Assembly: GCA_965649265.1 (NCBI GenBank)
Contig: CBFGKC010000007.1
Span: 70,182 to 134,181 of the forward strand
Direction of reading: 5' to 3'
Length of the DNA: 64,000 bases
DNA from: a candidate division WOR-3 bacterium
GTDB taxonomy: Bacteria; Hydrothermota; Tepidihabitantia; B3-TA06
Of this stretch, positions 9,053 through 17,951 are shown piece after piece. The notes below the pieces were generated by a model, which did no database searches, was not told the DNA's origin, and saw only the letters and a list, made by a program, of their open reading frames with translations. Numbering within the stretch: position 1 is the first letter of the stretch; the number at the start of each line of letters is the position of its first letter. The translations under genes were made by a program, and so were the position numbers.

Positions 9053-9835
9053 TTATCTGAGGTGATTCAGAATGGGCATCCCCTCTCCGGCGTATACGAT
9101 ATCGGCGAGTTTGCGATCGATATAGGCCTCGGCGGAGGCGACGGCATCAACAAGTGACGATCCTCTGGCTAGATAGGCTGTGATTGCCGCGGAAAGAGCG
9201 CATCCCGAGCCGTGGACGTTCTTGAAGCCACGTCTGGGTTTCACGAACCTGCGAGCGTCCGTCTTGGTAAGGAAGAGGTCGACAACCTGATCTTCCATAA
9301 GGTGACCGCCCTTGATAAGAACCCCTTTTGCGCCCATTTCCATGAGCTTGCGGGCAGCCCCCTCAAACATACTGCTCTGTGTAATCGAGGAGCCTGTGAG
9401 CGCCTGAAGCTCGGGGACGTTCGGGGTAATTATCGCGGAGGACGGAATGATCTGGGTTTTGTAAAATTCGATGTCCTGCGAATCCGCGAGCAGGAAACCG
9501 GTGCCCGAGGCGAATATGGGATCGACCACCACTGGAAAGGATACGCGATTGAGGAAAAGGGCGACCTGGCTCAGGCACTCTTTTGTCAGAAGCCCCGTCT
9601 TTGCGGCCTGAGGGCTTCTGTCTTCGAGGAGGCAGCTTATCTGTTCGGCAACAAGCACGCCGTCAAGATTGAACGAACGTCGCATGCCGAAGGTGGACTG
9701 AACCGTAATAGCGGTAACGCATGAAAAACCGTGCACTCCGAGTTCCGTGAAGACCTTCAGATCCTCCTGGATGCCGGCACCGCCCGAGGGGTCCGAGCCG
9801 GCGATAGTGAGAGCGATTGGAACCTTAGCGTTCAT
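9053..9835 (-). CDS. thiD: hydroxymethylpyrimidine/phosphomethylpyrimidine kinase
   Basis: N-terminus after trimming to the internal ATG is MNAKVPIALTIAGSDPSGGAGIQEDLKVF..., the ThiD/PdxK ribokinase-fold signature. Overlaps the upstream gene by 11 nt. Confidence 0.65.
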   Translation of the reverse strand: MNAKVPIALTIAGSDPSGGAGIQEDLKVFTELGVHGFSCVTAITVQSTFGMRRSFNLDGVLVAEQISCLLEDRSPQAAKTGLLTKECLSQVALFLNRVSFPVVVDPIFASGTGFLLADSQDIEFYKTQIIPSSAIITPNVPELQALTGSSITQSSMFEGAARKLMEMGAKGVLIKGGHLMEDQVVDLFLTKTDARRFVKPRRGFKNVHGSGCALSAAITAYLARGSSLVDAVASAEAYIDRKLADIVYAGEGMPILNHLR

Positions 9836-11672
9836 CGATCGGAATGTATCCTTTCTGCTTGCCTTTGTTGAAGGCAAACCCCGGATTATGTTTATGGCAA
9901 GCCAGACATCTCCTGGCTTCGTCGGTATCGTCACCCTTTTTCAAACCGCACAGCGTTTCTTTTGAGAGTTCTAGCTTCTTGTAGGAGGTTTGCTCCTGAA
10001 TTCTCGCTTTAAAGGCCGGATTCTTTACCGTCCATGCGGCGCCGGGCAACTTCTCGATTTCGGACTCGGGATCGAACTCTCCGAGACGTTCAAAGAAAGA
10101 CCCCAGGAACCTGGGTCGAAGGAAGTAGTCTATGGATCGGGCGGCGGCGAGACCGTCACCTGAAGCTTCGACGACGGTGGAGGGTCCGCGAACCGCATCC
10201 CCGCCTGCAAAAATCCTGCGCCTCTTGATTCTCTGATGACGGTTGATTTCCAGTCTACCGTCTACATCGACGGGAAGGTCGAGCCTGTTAAGGAACTCGA
10301 TATCCGGCTCCTGACCGACGGCGACGATGACGGCCTTGACCTCCTCATCCCACTCATCGCCCGGGGACGCAACGAGTGCTGAGCCTCTTCCCTTTTCACG
10401 ATCGCTCAAGGTCATGTGGGTAAACCTGATCTTCTGGACGTGCTTCTTGCCGGAGAACTTGAGAGGGGCTGCAAGGAAATGAAACTTGATACCTTCCTTC
10501 TCGGCCTCCTCTATTTCCAATTTGTAGGCGGGCATGTTCGCCCGCATGCGGCGGTAGAAGACAGTCACTTTTTCCGCACCCATTCTTAATGCGACTCTTG
10601 CAGAATCGACGGCGGTATTCCCTCCCCCAAGGACGGCAACGTGTCCGGACAAGGATTTGACCTTGCCCACGCACACGTTTCTGAGAAATGTGAGACCGGG
10701 GATCACGCCCTCAAGGTCCTCTCCCTCTATGAAAAGTGGCCTTGGTTTTGAAGCGCCCAGGGCCAGGTAAACGGCGCCGTAGGAGCGCTCGAGTTCGTCT
10801 AGTGAGATGTCCTTGCCGAGCGTCCTGTTCGTGAGGATAGTGATCGAGGGGTTCGAGGAAAGGATGTAGTCAATATCGGACTGAACAACCTCACCCGGAA
10901 GCCTGAAACACGGGATGATATCGCGGAGGATTCCGCCGGGCTTTGGTTCCGCTTCGAAGATATCGACCTTGTAACCACGTTGAGCGAGGAAGTGCGCGCA
11001 GGAGAGTCCTGACGGTCCCGCGCCGACAACGGCAACCTTCCGTTTAGAATTAATGGTGGAGTGGTCCGAAGGAGAATTCTTTTCGGAAGGGGGAGGGGAA
11101 GGGAGCTTGTGTGTTACGGGTGTTACGGGGGAGGAGGGTTGTGTTACGGGTGTTACGGGGGAGGCGGCGCGCTTGAGGGCGCGGATTGCGATTGGTTCCT
11201 CGATGCGGGTGCGCGTACAGACTTCCTCGCAGGGCGCAGGGCATATGCGTCCGAGTACGCCGGCAAGCGGCGCTCGGGAACGGATGAGTTCGAGAGCATC
11301 CCCGTGGCGACCGGCGGCAACAAGAGCAACGTAACCGGGAACGTTAATTCCTGCAGGGCACGCGGTCTTGCAAGGCGCTTCCTCGAGTCTTGGCCCGCGA
11401 TAGGCGTCGTAAGCGGTAAGTATGTAGTAGAAAGCAAAGGTCACCGACCAGACTGGCCACAAGAGCCAGCCCAGATCGGGCCTGAGGCCGTTCATGACAA
11501 CGGCGAAGGCGACGAATGATGCATCAAGCACCAGCGCGGCTATGGCCATGCCTATCCTTCCTCTTACAAAATGACCTATCCCCGGGACTACGAGGGAGAC
11601 AATGAGTGCCGCCAGTCTTTTTTTACGTTCCAGTTTGATTTTTTCCCCTAAAAGATTGCCATCAGAACCCAT
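9825..11672 (-). CDS. membrane-anchored GltD/SudA-like Fe-S flavoprotein oxidoreductase (glutamate synthase small-subunit family), with an internal PVT repeat insertion
   Basis: N-terminal hydrophobic segments, then CKTACPAGINVPGY...ICPAPCEEVC (the GltD N-terminal Fe-S region), then SPVTPVTQPSSPVTPVTHK, then VAVVGAGPSGLSCAHFLAQRG (FAD/NAD(P) Rossmann) and a GG-containing second nucleotide-binding site. Confidence 0.55.
   Translation of the reverse strand: MGSDGNLLGEKIKLERKKRLAALIVSLVVPGIGHFVRGRIGMAIAALVLDASFVAFAVVMNGLRPDLGWLLWPVWSVTFAFYYILTAYDAYRGPRLEEAPCKTACPAGINVPGYVALVAAGRHGDALELIRSRAPLAGVLGRICPAPCEEVCTRTRIEEPIAIRALKRAASPVTPVTQPSSPVTPVTHKLPSPPPSEKNSPSDHSTINSKRKVAVVGAGPSGLSCAHFLAQRGYKVDIFEAEPKPGGILRDIIPCFRLPGEVVQSDIDYILSSNPSITILTNRTLGKDISLDELERSYGAVYLALGASKPRPLFIEGEDLEGVIPGLTFLRNVCVGKVKSLSGHVAVLGGGNTAVDSARVALRMGAEKVTVFYRRMRANMPAYKLEIEEAEKEGIKFHFLAAPLKFSGKKHVQKIRFTHMTLSDREKGRGSALVASPGDEWDEEVKAVIVAVGQEPDIEFLNRLDLPVDVDGRLEINRHQRIKRRRIFAGGDAVRGPSTVVEASGDGLAAARSIDYFLRPRFLGSFFERLGEFDPESEIEKLPGAAWTVKNPAFKARIQEQTSYKKLELSKETLCGLKKGDDTDEARRCLACHKHNPGFAFNKGKQKGYIPIDER
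11109..11163. repeat. tandem 30-nt unit (gtgtgttacgggtgttacgggggagg) x2 inside the GltD-like CDS
   Basis: Read directly from the sequence. Encodes the in-frame duplication SPVTPVT...SPVTPVT. Same GTTAC-GGGG motif as the intergenic repeat family. Confidence 0.7.
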
Positions 11673-13173
11673 AAGTTAATGCTGCTCCTGCGCTTAAAAA
11701 GTTTAATATACCGAGATTTGGAACCGCGGGATCAACCGCCGCCGCGTAGTCCGTAAATATCGCCGTCGTGGTATTTGCTCGTATGGAAAGATCAAGTTCG
11801 ATGCCTTTCCAGGCAAAAGTAGACGATACGCCGAAGAAAAGTGCCGGAATTGAGTACAAGGGAACGTCTTCGATCTTGGTTACGCGGTAGAACAAACCCT
11901 GACTGAAGCGAAGAGGAATCTTGTAATCGTTACCGAAGACATATCCGAAACCTGTGCCCAGAAAAGCCTCCGAAGTACCCTGGCCCCAGGTTCGCGCAAG
12001 TGAAAAGGTCGCATCGATTATCCAGTTGCCTGGTGTGCCCTGTATGCCTGCGCGCAGCCCCGTTCTCGGCGGAAGGGTAAGAAGTTCGCTCGATTCACCG
12101 CTCGATTCTCTCAGGCTGTCGTAGCCTAAAACAATTCTCATCTGGCCCTCGATCGTTCTTGAATCCTGGTTTACCTCAAGGTTCTGGGTGTTTATCTCGA
12201 CAATTCGGGGCAGGCCGCCCCGGATGCTTCTTCCGTTGCCGACTTCAAGGATCTGAGCGCCCAAGTCCTGGCTCAAGGATGCCCCCCAGCTGAAGTCGTC
12301 GCCAGGTTTCTGGATGCCGAGAACGGCTCCCAGTTCCGTGCCCTTGAGGGAGGTAAGGTAGCGGTTTGCATAGAGTTCGCCCCCCTCGATAACGGCGGAA
12401 AGCTGAACACCCACGTCCCATTCCTGGGACTCGGAGTACACATTGGCTCCGGTGGGTTTAAGGATCGGCGTCATGGTATCGGTGTAGTCGATGAAACCGT
12501 CGTAAGTATTCAACCTGAACGAAAGCCCATAGTTTATCCCGTTATCCTGGGTGGCAAGCATGAGATAAAAGGGCGTGGTGCTCATCTTTGTTATGTTTTC
12601 GATCGATATGAGTCCTCCACCCTTGCCGTAAAGATCTATGAGTATCGGAACGGTCATGGGCTCATCTGCACCCGGAAAATCAACCTCGGTAAGTGTGTCC
12701 CGGTACGAATAGGTGGCCGTAAAATCCAGTTCGCCCCTTGCATCGAGCACACCCGAGAACTTATCTCCCTGGATATACGCAAGGCCGACAACCACGTCAC
12801 CTATTCGAACGGCAGCCCCGCCGGAATAAACACCCGACGCTTCTTCGGCGTAGAGAGAGATAGGCACGGCGAATTCGCCAATAAAGGGAAGTTTCGTACT
12901 GAGGTCGAGGTCAATGCCGCCCACTCTACCGAAACCTGCAGAGATGCTTCCGGACGAAGTTTTCACGCTCGCAAGGGCCGCAGGATTCACAAGGGCTCCA
13001 CGCATACCTGAAGCAGAGCCGGGATTCATGTACGAGTAATTCATAAGGTAGAGGTAGGGGTCTACATAGTTGTAAATTATAGCGCCTGTAATACCGGCAC
13101 TCGCGTCAACGTGAAAGATGGTATCTCCCCCCCACTGGCTCAAGAGAGCTGTTATTAAAAGCAAATGCCCCAT
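11662..13173 (-). CDS. outer-membrane beta-barrel protein (hypothetical)
   Basis: 503 aa; N-terminal signal-like segment; alternating-hydrophobic composition; C-terminal ...LTYGF aromatic terminus typical of OM barrels. Confidence 0.4.
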   Translation of the reverse strand: MGHLLLITALLSQWGGDTIFHVDASAGITGAIIYNYVDPYLYLMNYSYMNPGSASGMRGALVNPAALASVKTSSGSISAGFGRVGGIDLDLSTKLPFIGEFAVPISLYAEEASGVYSGGAAVRIGDVVVGLAYIQGDKFSGVLDARGELDFTATYSYRDTLTEVDFPGADEPMTVPILIDLYGKGGGLISIENITKMSTTPFYLMLATQDNGINYGLSFRLNTYDGFIDYTDTMTPILKPTGANVYSESQEWDVGVQLSAVIEGGELYANRYLTSLKGTELGAVLGIQKPGDDFSWGASLSQDLGAQILEVGNGRSIRGGLPRIVEINTQNLEVNQDSRTIEGQMRIVLGYDSLRESSGESSELLTLPPRTGLRAGIQGTPGNWIIDATFSLARTWGQGTSEAFLGTGFGYVFGNDYKIPLRFSQGLFYRVTKIEDVPLYSIPALFFGVSSTFAWKGIELDLSIRANTTTAIFTDYAAAVDPAVPNLGILNFLSAGAALTYGF

Positions 13174-13203
13174 GTAACTATTATAGCGTCACTCTATCAC
13201 AAG

Positions 13204-13917
13204 TCAACTGCCTTTCGGCCTGTATACAACACTGACACCGAAGTTCATCACCTTGAAATTGGTAGGCGAATCGGTGAGGTTTGAATATGTCACACCCCAG
13301 TACTGAATCAATTCAGGTCGAATAAACCAATCTTTAACGCCTACATCCAACGTAATACCCGGACCGCCGTGAATGGTAAAAAATTCCTGTCTGGGTATCG
13401 CTTGTTTGGTTTGAAGGCTGTAGTATGATACTATTCCCTTAAACGAGAGCACCGCCCTCAACCATTTATTGATTTTCCAGCCAAAGCCTAGGGTCGGGTA
13501 ACCGTCAAGCAGGTAAAACGTGTAATTGCCGGGTTGGATGAACTTTGTGTGATGCAGGTAACCTGCACCGAAAGAGCCGGTGAATTCGAACCTCCCCTTC
13601 TCAAAGCCCCCCCTTGCATCGAGCACAACCGCCAACGGAGACGAGTATTTGATTCCGATTTCCATGTGAGGGAGCACGCCAAGACGGAACAGTAAATCAA
13701 GGGTTCGAGTGTCATAACTGGCCGTATCGTTACTCCACATACAGAAGTTACTCGTTCCGAAGCCTATTTCACCGTTGCCCGGCTTAAGAAGCTCCGTTGA
13801 AGCATAGTTGGTATAAGCGGGAATAGAGTACCAGTCGAAATAAAGCACCTTCCCTTGAGCCCGCAGGGTTACGCTGAACCCCAGAAGGATTAAAGCAAAT
13901 GCAGCGAATTTTTTCAT
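13204..13917 (-). CDS. exported hypothetical protein
   Basis: ORF track 13204..13974, trimmed to the ATG at 13917 that begins a signal peptide (MKKFAAFALILLGFSVTLRAQG). Confidence 0.4.
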   Translation of the reverse strand: MKKFAAFALILLGFSVTLRAQGKVLYFDWYSIPAYTNYASTELLKPGNGEIGFGTSNFCMWSNDTASYDTRTLDLLFRLGVLPHMEIGIKYSSPLAVVLDARGGFEKGRFEFTGSFGAGYLHHTKFIQPGNYTFYLLDGYPTLGFGWKINKWLRAVLSFKGIVSYYSLQTKQAIPRQEFFTIHGGPGITLDVGVKDWFIRPELIQYWGVTYSNLTDSPTNFKVMNFGVSVVYRPKGS

Positions 13918-14049
13918 AGAAATCATTTTACCGTTTGTAAAATTCCTGTCAAGAAGCACCACTCCGTTCGGCAAAAAACTTTCCGGTGCGCCGAAACGCC
14001 TTTTAACGACTTAATTAGTTTCATATAATACTTAACTTAGCTTCCCCTC

Positions 14050-14078
14050 TTGACAACCTGGACAAATGCAGTAAATTA
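14050..14078 (+). promoter_or_regulatory. sigma70-like promoter (TTGACA-16/17-TAAATT); leaderless start at 14083
   Basis: TTGACA at 14050-14055 and TAAATT at 14072-14077; the ATG lies 6 nt downstream. Confidence 0.5.
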
Positions 14079-14082
14079 TTCA

Positions 14083-15162
14083 ATGCTGTGCAGCAAGTGC
14101 GTATTACCTTCCACAACTCCAGGAATTGAATTTGACGAACATGGTGTATGTAATCATTGTAATAAATTCGTTTCGACCAGCTTCAAAGGAGAGGATGCTC
14201 TTCTTGCAGCCATTGATAAGTTCAGAGGTAATGGCACTTACGACGCCATCGTAACGCTTTCGGGCGGCAGGGACAGCTCATTTACAATTCTCAAGGCCGT
14301 AAAGGATTACAAGATGAAGGTTCTCGCTTTTAATTACCGGAACCCCTTCACACACCCGACAGCTATTCAAAACATCAAACGCATCAAGGAAATACTGGGC
14401 ATAGAACTCATTCAATTCGATCTGCCCGGTGATTTGCACGTCCGCTCCATGCGTCACAATTTGATTTCATGGATGAAAAATCCTTCTCTTGCAATGGTTC
14501 CAATAATGTGCGTGGCATGTAAAGTTATGTGGAAACCTGTACTGAAAATCGCGCATGAACGAGGAATAAAGATGGCCTTTTCAGGTTCAAATCCTTACGA
14601 ACAAAACAGCTTCAAGCGCGAACTGCTGGGAATAAGTGCACAGGCATCGACTGCATATTACTATACCGCTTATATCTTCGGAATCATGAAAGAGGTTTTA
14701 AAGAACCTGCGATATTTCGCCCCGGAAGTACTTCCTCCAACAATCCTTGGATATCTGTACTCGGGACCCGAAGCTCCCCTGGTCAAATACTCGGGAAGGA
14801 ATCTCCAGAAGGTTACTCTCTTTAATTACATACCGTGGGATGAAGAAACGGTTTTAACGAGGATCAAAAATGAACTCGGTTGGGAATCCCCGATTGATTC
14901 AACCACAACCTGGCGTTTCGATTGCATCGTTGATGACCTCAAGAACTACATTTATCAAGAACTTCTGGGTGTGACCGAAAAGGAGGACTTCTACAGCAAT
15001 TTGATGCGTGCCGGGCTGATTGATCGCAGTGAGGCCTTAAACAGGGTAAGAGTCGAAAGCGAGGTCAATATCGAAAAGGTCAAGGAAGTTTTGGACAAGG
15101 TAGGTGTTCAATTTGATGATTTTAAACGGGTCCTGGATTCATACAAAAGGAATAGATCATAA
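14083..15162 (+). CDS. N-acetyl sugar amidotransferase (PP-loop ATPase family, LPS/O-antigen biosynthesis type)
   Basis: MLCSKCVLPSTTPGIEFDEHGVCNHC zinc-ribbon-like N-terminus and an SGGRDS PP-loop. The start is chosen at the internal ATG (14083) because the track's TTG at 14050 lies inside the promoter. Confidence 0.55.
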   Translation: MLCSKCVLPSTTPGIEFDEHGVCNHCNKFVSTSFKGEDALLAAIDKFRGNGTYDAIVTLSGGRDSSFTILKAVKDYKMKVLAFNYRNPFTHPTAIQNIKRIKEILGIELIQFDLPGDLHVRSMRHNLISWMKNPSLAMVPIMCVACKVMWKPVLKIAHERGIKMAFSGSNPYEQNSFKRELLGISAQASTAYYYTAYIFGIMKEVLKNLRYFAPEVLPPTILGYLYSGPEAPLVKYSGRNLQKVTLFNYIPWDEETVLTRIKNELGWESPIDSTTTWRFDCIVDDLKNYIYQELLGVTEKEDFYSNLMRAGLIDRSEALNRVRVESEVNIEKVKEVLDKVGVQFDDFKRVLDSYKRNRS

Positions 15163-15383
15163 GACGTTTTAGTCGTCGAGAAAATCAATCTTTAAAATCT
15201 TTTCCGTTATAATATGCACCTTAAAAAAGTTTAAGTTTTAGTCAGACGAGAATTTCAATATACTGCCGTTCCGGAGATTGAGATTTAGGTAAAATATCTT
15301 AGTCGAGTTCAGTTCTGTAGCTCAAGTAAAGCAAGGGGATTCTTGAAAGATTTCATTTTCTAGAAAAAAATCAGAAAACAAAA

Positions 15384-15430
15384 GAGCCTCCTCTTCATTC
15401 CTGAGGGAGAGGCTCGATACTTGGTTTTTT
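15384..15430. terminator. bidirectional rho-independent terminator
   Basis: GAGCCTC...GAGGCTC hairpin flanked by an A-run (left) and ttggtttttt (right), between convergent genes. Confidence 0.55.
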
Positions 15431-15435
15431 GAGAT

Positions 15436-16791
15436 TTACCTTATCAATACAATCTTGGCTGTTTGTGATTTTGAGCCATTTGTTTTTATAAAGTATACTC
15501 CTTCAGGAAAACGTGCACCCCATTCTATCTGACCGGAAGATGAAGATGTTACAATTTCGTCCACCCTCCTCCCCCCTGCGTCGTAGACTGAGGCTGAAAA
15601 TCCGTCAGGGCAGTTGGAGTAGTAAATGACAATCTCCGAACCGATTGAAGAGGCTATCTCTATTTCTGAGGAGGGCTGGTGTGTTGCGGGGGACGAGGAA
15701 GACGGCTCGGAGACGCCGAGCGTGTCGCAGTTGGAGTCGGTTTTAAAAAGCCAAACGTCACGATCTTTTTCTCCTACAACGATGTAGCCGCCGTCTTTTG
15801 TCTGAAGAACATCCTTGCCATAGCATGTGTATTTTCCTAAATACTTTTTTGTCCAGACCGTATCAAGGCTGTCGTTATCGACACTTTTTACGATCGCCCA
15901 GGGGTCCCCGGTAGAGATGTAACCCCCATCACTCGTAAGGTTAATACGGTACGACCAACCTCCATTCTTAGTTTGCTTGAAATACCCCTGTTCTCCGAAT
16001 CCAATGCTTCCTTTCGAAATCCAGAAAACTGGTCCTTCAAAAACGTCAGGCCATGTGCCTGCCATAACGTAAGAACCCTTGTCTTGGGCTTGCTCTATCC
16101 ATTGCACATTCCAGGCGGATTCGTGTTTCCATTCAAAAATCTCACCAGCTAGCTCCGCGAATAGCATCACATTGTTGTTGCTTACAACTAAGTATAAGGA
16201 ATCCCTGGTGGCATTTGCACAGGAATATGCACCATCATGCTCCTTTACCCACTCAATTTTACCTTTCTCGTCAATTTTGAGAAAGACTATCTTGTTACTG
16301 TCCGGGTAGTTAATACCGCCAATGGCAACATATCCGGAATCAAAAAAGGCCGAACCGACATATCCAGAGGTTTCGTTTACTCCGTCGGTATAGTATAAAG
16401 TCGTCCAGAGTGTATCACCAAGAGAATCGGTCTTAAGAAGCCAGATGCCGAAATAATAAGAAACGAAGGATTTGCTTTCAGCTGCAATTATCCAGCCTCC
16501 ATCTTCAGTTGGCCCCATCCAGGAGACGATCTCGGATTTTTCTCGCCCGTAGGTTTTTGTCCACAGGGTATCGCCAAGGGAATCAATTCTCAGGAGCCAG
16601 ATATCGGTACTCCCATTTCCGAAAGACGATGTAATGGCTGCGACCACATAGCCGCCATCATTGGTTTCTAATATGCGGAAACCCGCATCTGGATGCTCCC
16701 CCCCATACGTACGTGACCAACCTGCTTCTGCTTTTGCGGGGTTTAAAGCGATTACGGCGAACCCTAGAAAGAACACAAAGCGTTTCATCAC
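15436..16791 (-). CDS. secreted repeat protein (GDTLWT/DGGY repeats, probable beta-propeller) with T9SS-type C-terminal sorting domain
   Basis: Signal peptide MMKRFVFFLGFAVIALNPAKA; at least four repeats of LGDTLWTK(T/L)Y and DGG(Y/W)(V/I)(V/I)A; C-terminal GVYFIKTNGSKSQTAKIVLIR. Confidence 0.5.
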   Translation of the reverse strand: MMKRFVFFLGFAVIALNPAKAEAGWSRTYGGEHPDAGFRILETNDGGYVVAAITSSFGNGSTDIWLLRIDSLGDTLWTKTYGREKSEIVSWMGPTEDGGWIIAAESKSFVSYYFGIWLLKTDSLGDTLWTTLYYTDGVNETSGYVGSAFFDSGYVAIGGINYPDSNKIVFLKIDEKGKIEWVKEHDGAYSCANATRDSLYLVVSNNNVMLFAELAGEIFEWKHESAWNVQWIEQAQDKGSYVMAGTWPDVFEGPVFWISKGSIGFGEQGYFKQTKNGGWSYRINLTSDGGYISTGDPWAIVKSVDNDSLDTVWTKKYLGKYTCYGKDVLQTKDGGYIVVGEKDRDVWLFKTDSNCDTLGVSEPSSSSPATHQPSSEIEIASSIGSEIVIYYSNCPDGFSASVYDAGGRRVDEIVTSSSSGQIEWGARFPEGVYFIKTNGSKSQTAKIVLIR

Positions 16792-16871
16792 TTCCTCCTT
16801 TAGTCTGACTCATTCCTCGTATAAATTTTAGGAAAAATGCAGAGGTTGTCAAGTCGTTTTTTTGCTTTGTG

Positions 16872-16899
16872 TTGACTTAAGGCGTGTGCTTCATATTAT
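16872..16899 (+). promoter_or_regulatory. sigma70-like promoter (TTGACT-16-TATTAT); leaderless start at 16905
   Basis: Read from sequence; the ATG lies 5 nt after the -10 element. Confidence 0.5.
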
Positions 16900-16904
16900 T
16901 AAGT

Positions 16905-17951
16905 ATGCAGACAACACGCGAAGAGCTTCTTGCAAAAATAGAGAAGCGTGAGCTCGAGTCGGTAACACTCGTTCACGGTGAGGAACCGTTCTTTACGGAC
17001 GAAGTAGTTTCCGCGCTCCGGGCTGTTTACAAGGATGTATCGGGCTGGGGATTTGAGGTAGTAGACGCTCAGACGCTCGACGCCAGGGGACTTGCGGCAT
17101 CGGCGGCTACGCTCGCGTTCGATTCCGGAACAAAAGTGACCGTCGTGCGCTCAGCGTCGCGACTGAGGAAGGATCAGCTTGAGGTTATTGAGAAGATTGC
17201 TTCGAGACAGGCAAAGGAGCGTGCGGTGGTTCTTCTGGCGGACAAGGAGGGTAAGGCCGTGGACGCACTGGTCAAGTGGGCGAAGGAACGCAAGATAATG
17301 ACTTGTCAGCTTCAATCCCTCAAACCCGCGGAAATGACCTCCTGGCTGAAGGCCGAATCGACGAAAAGGGGATTCAGCGTGGACGAGGAGACCCAAGGGT
17401 TCATGCTCGATCTTTCCTCCGGAAACCTGCTTGCGATGTCGCAGATACTCGACAAACTCGACCTCTTCAGGGGCGGGAAGACGAAGGTCTATTTCAAGGA
17501 CGTGGAAGACCTGCTCGCCGATTCTTTCGAGAAAGGCGTCTACGACTGCGTAAGGGCGGTTTTTGAACGCAACCGCGACAAGGCCGCAAAGGAGATGAAA
17601 AGGGTGCTGCGATTCGGCACAGGACAGGGGATTACGGAGCTTCTGTACGCGCTCTCGAGAGAGACGTTCACGCTTCTCAAGTACCAGCTCTTAAAGGAGA
17701 AGGGGCTTTCAAAGGATGCCCTGGGAAAGGAGTTGAGGCTCGGCTCAAGGGCGTGGCTCTTGAACAAGGAGTATCCGGAACGCGCCCGCAACTGGCCCAA
17801 GGAGAAGCTGGAGAGACTTTTACACAGGCTGGCCGACGTCGACATCGCGACAAGGATCACGGGAAGGGACGCCGAGGCCATGCTCGAACAGATTGTCATC
17901 GGAAATTTGGCACCAACAAGCGTTGAGGATTTTGATGAAATATTCGTTTAA
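16905..17951 (+). CDS. holA: DNA polymerase III delta subunit
   Basis: About 348 aa; N-terminus ...ELESVTLVHGEEPFF...; overall HolA-like length and composition; sits immediately upstream of leuS. Confidence 0.5.
   Translation: MQTTREELLAKIEKRELESVTLVHGEEPFFTDEVVSALRAVYKDVSGWGFEVVDAQTLDARGLAASAATLAFDSGTKVTVVRSASRLRKDQLEVIEKIASRQAKERAVVLLADKEGKAVDALVKWAKERKIMTCQLQSLKPAEMTSWLKAESTKRGFSVDEETQGFMLDLSSGNLLAMSQILDKLDLFRGGKTKVYFKDVEDLLADSFEKGVYDCVRAVFERNRDKAAKEMKRVLRFGTGQGITELLYALSRETFTLLKYQLLKEKGLSKDALGKELRLGSRAWLLNKEYPERARNWPKEKLERLLHRLADVDIATRITGRDAEAMLEQIVIGNLAPTSVEDFDEIFV

Noticed and set aside
11053-11519. Plus-strand ORFs over the GltD-like gene, including one reading the repeat as CYGCYGGGG
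   Set aside because: Antisense to a gene with clear domain motifs. The apparent Cys/Gly repeat is just the reverse reading of the GTTACGGG units.
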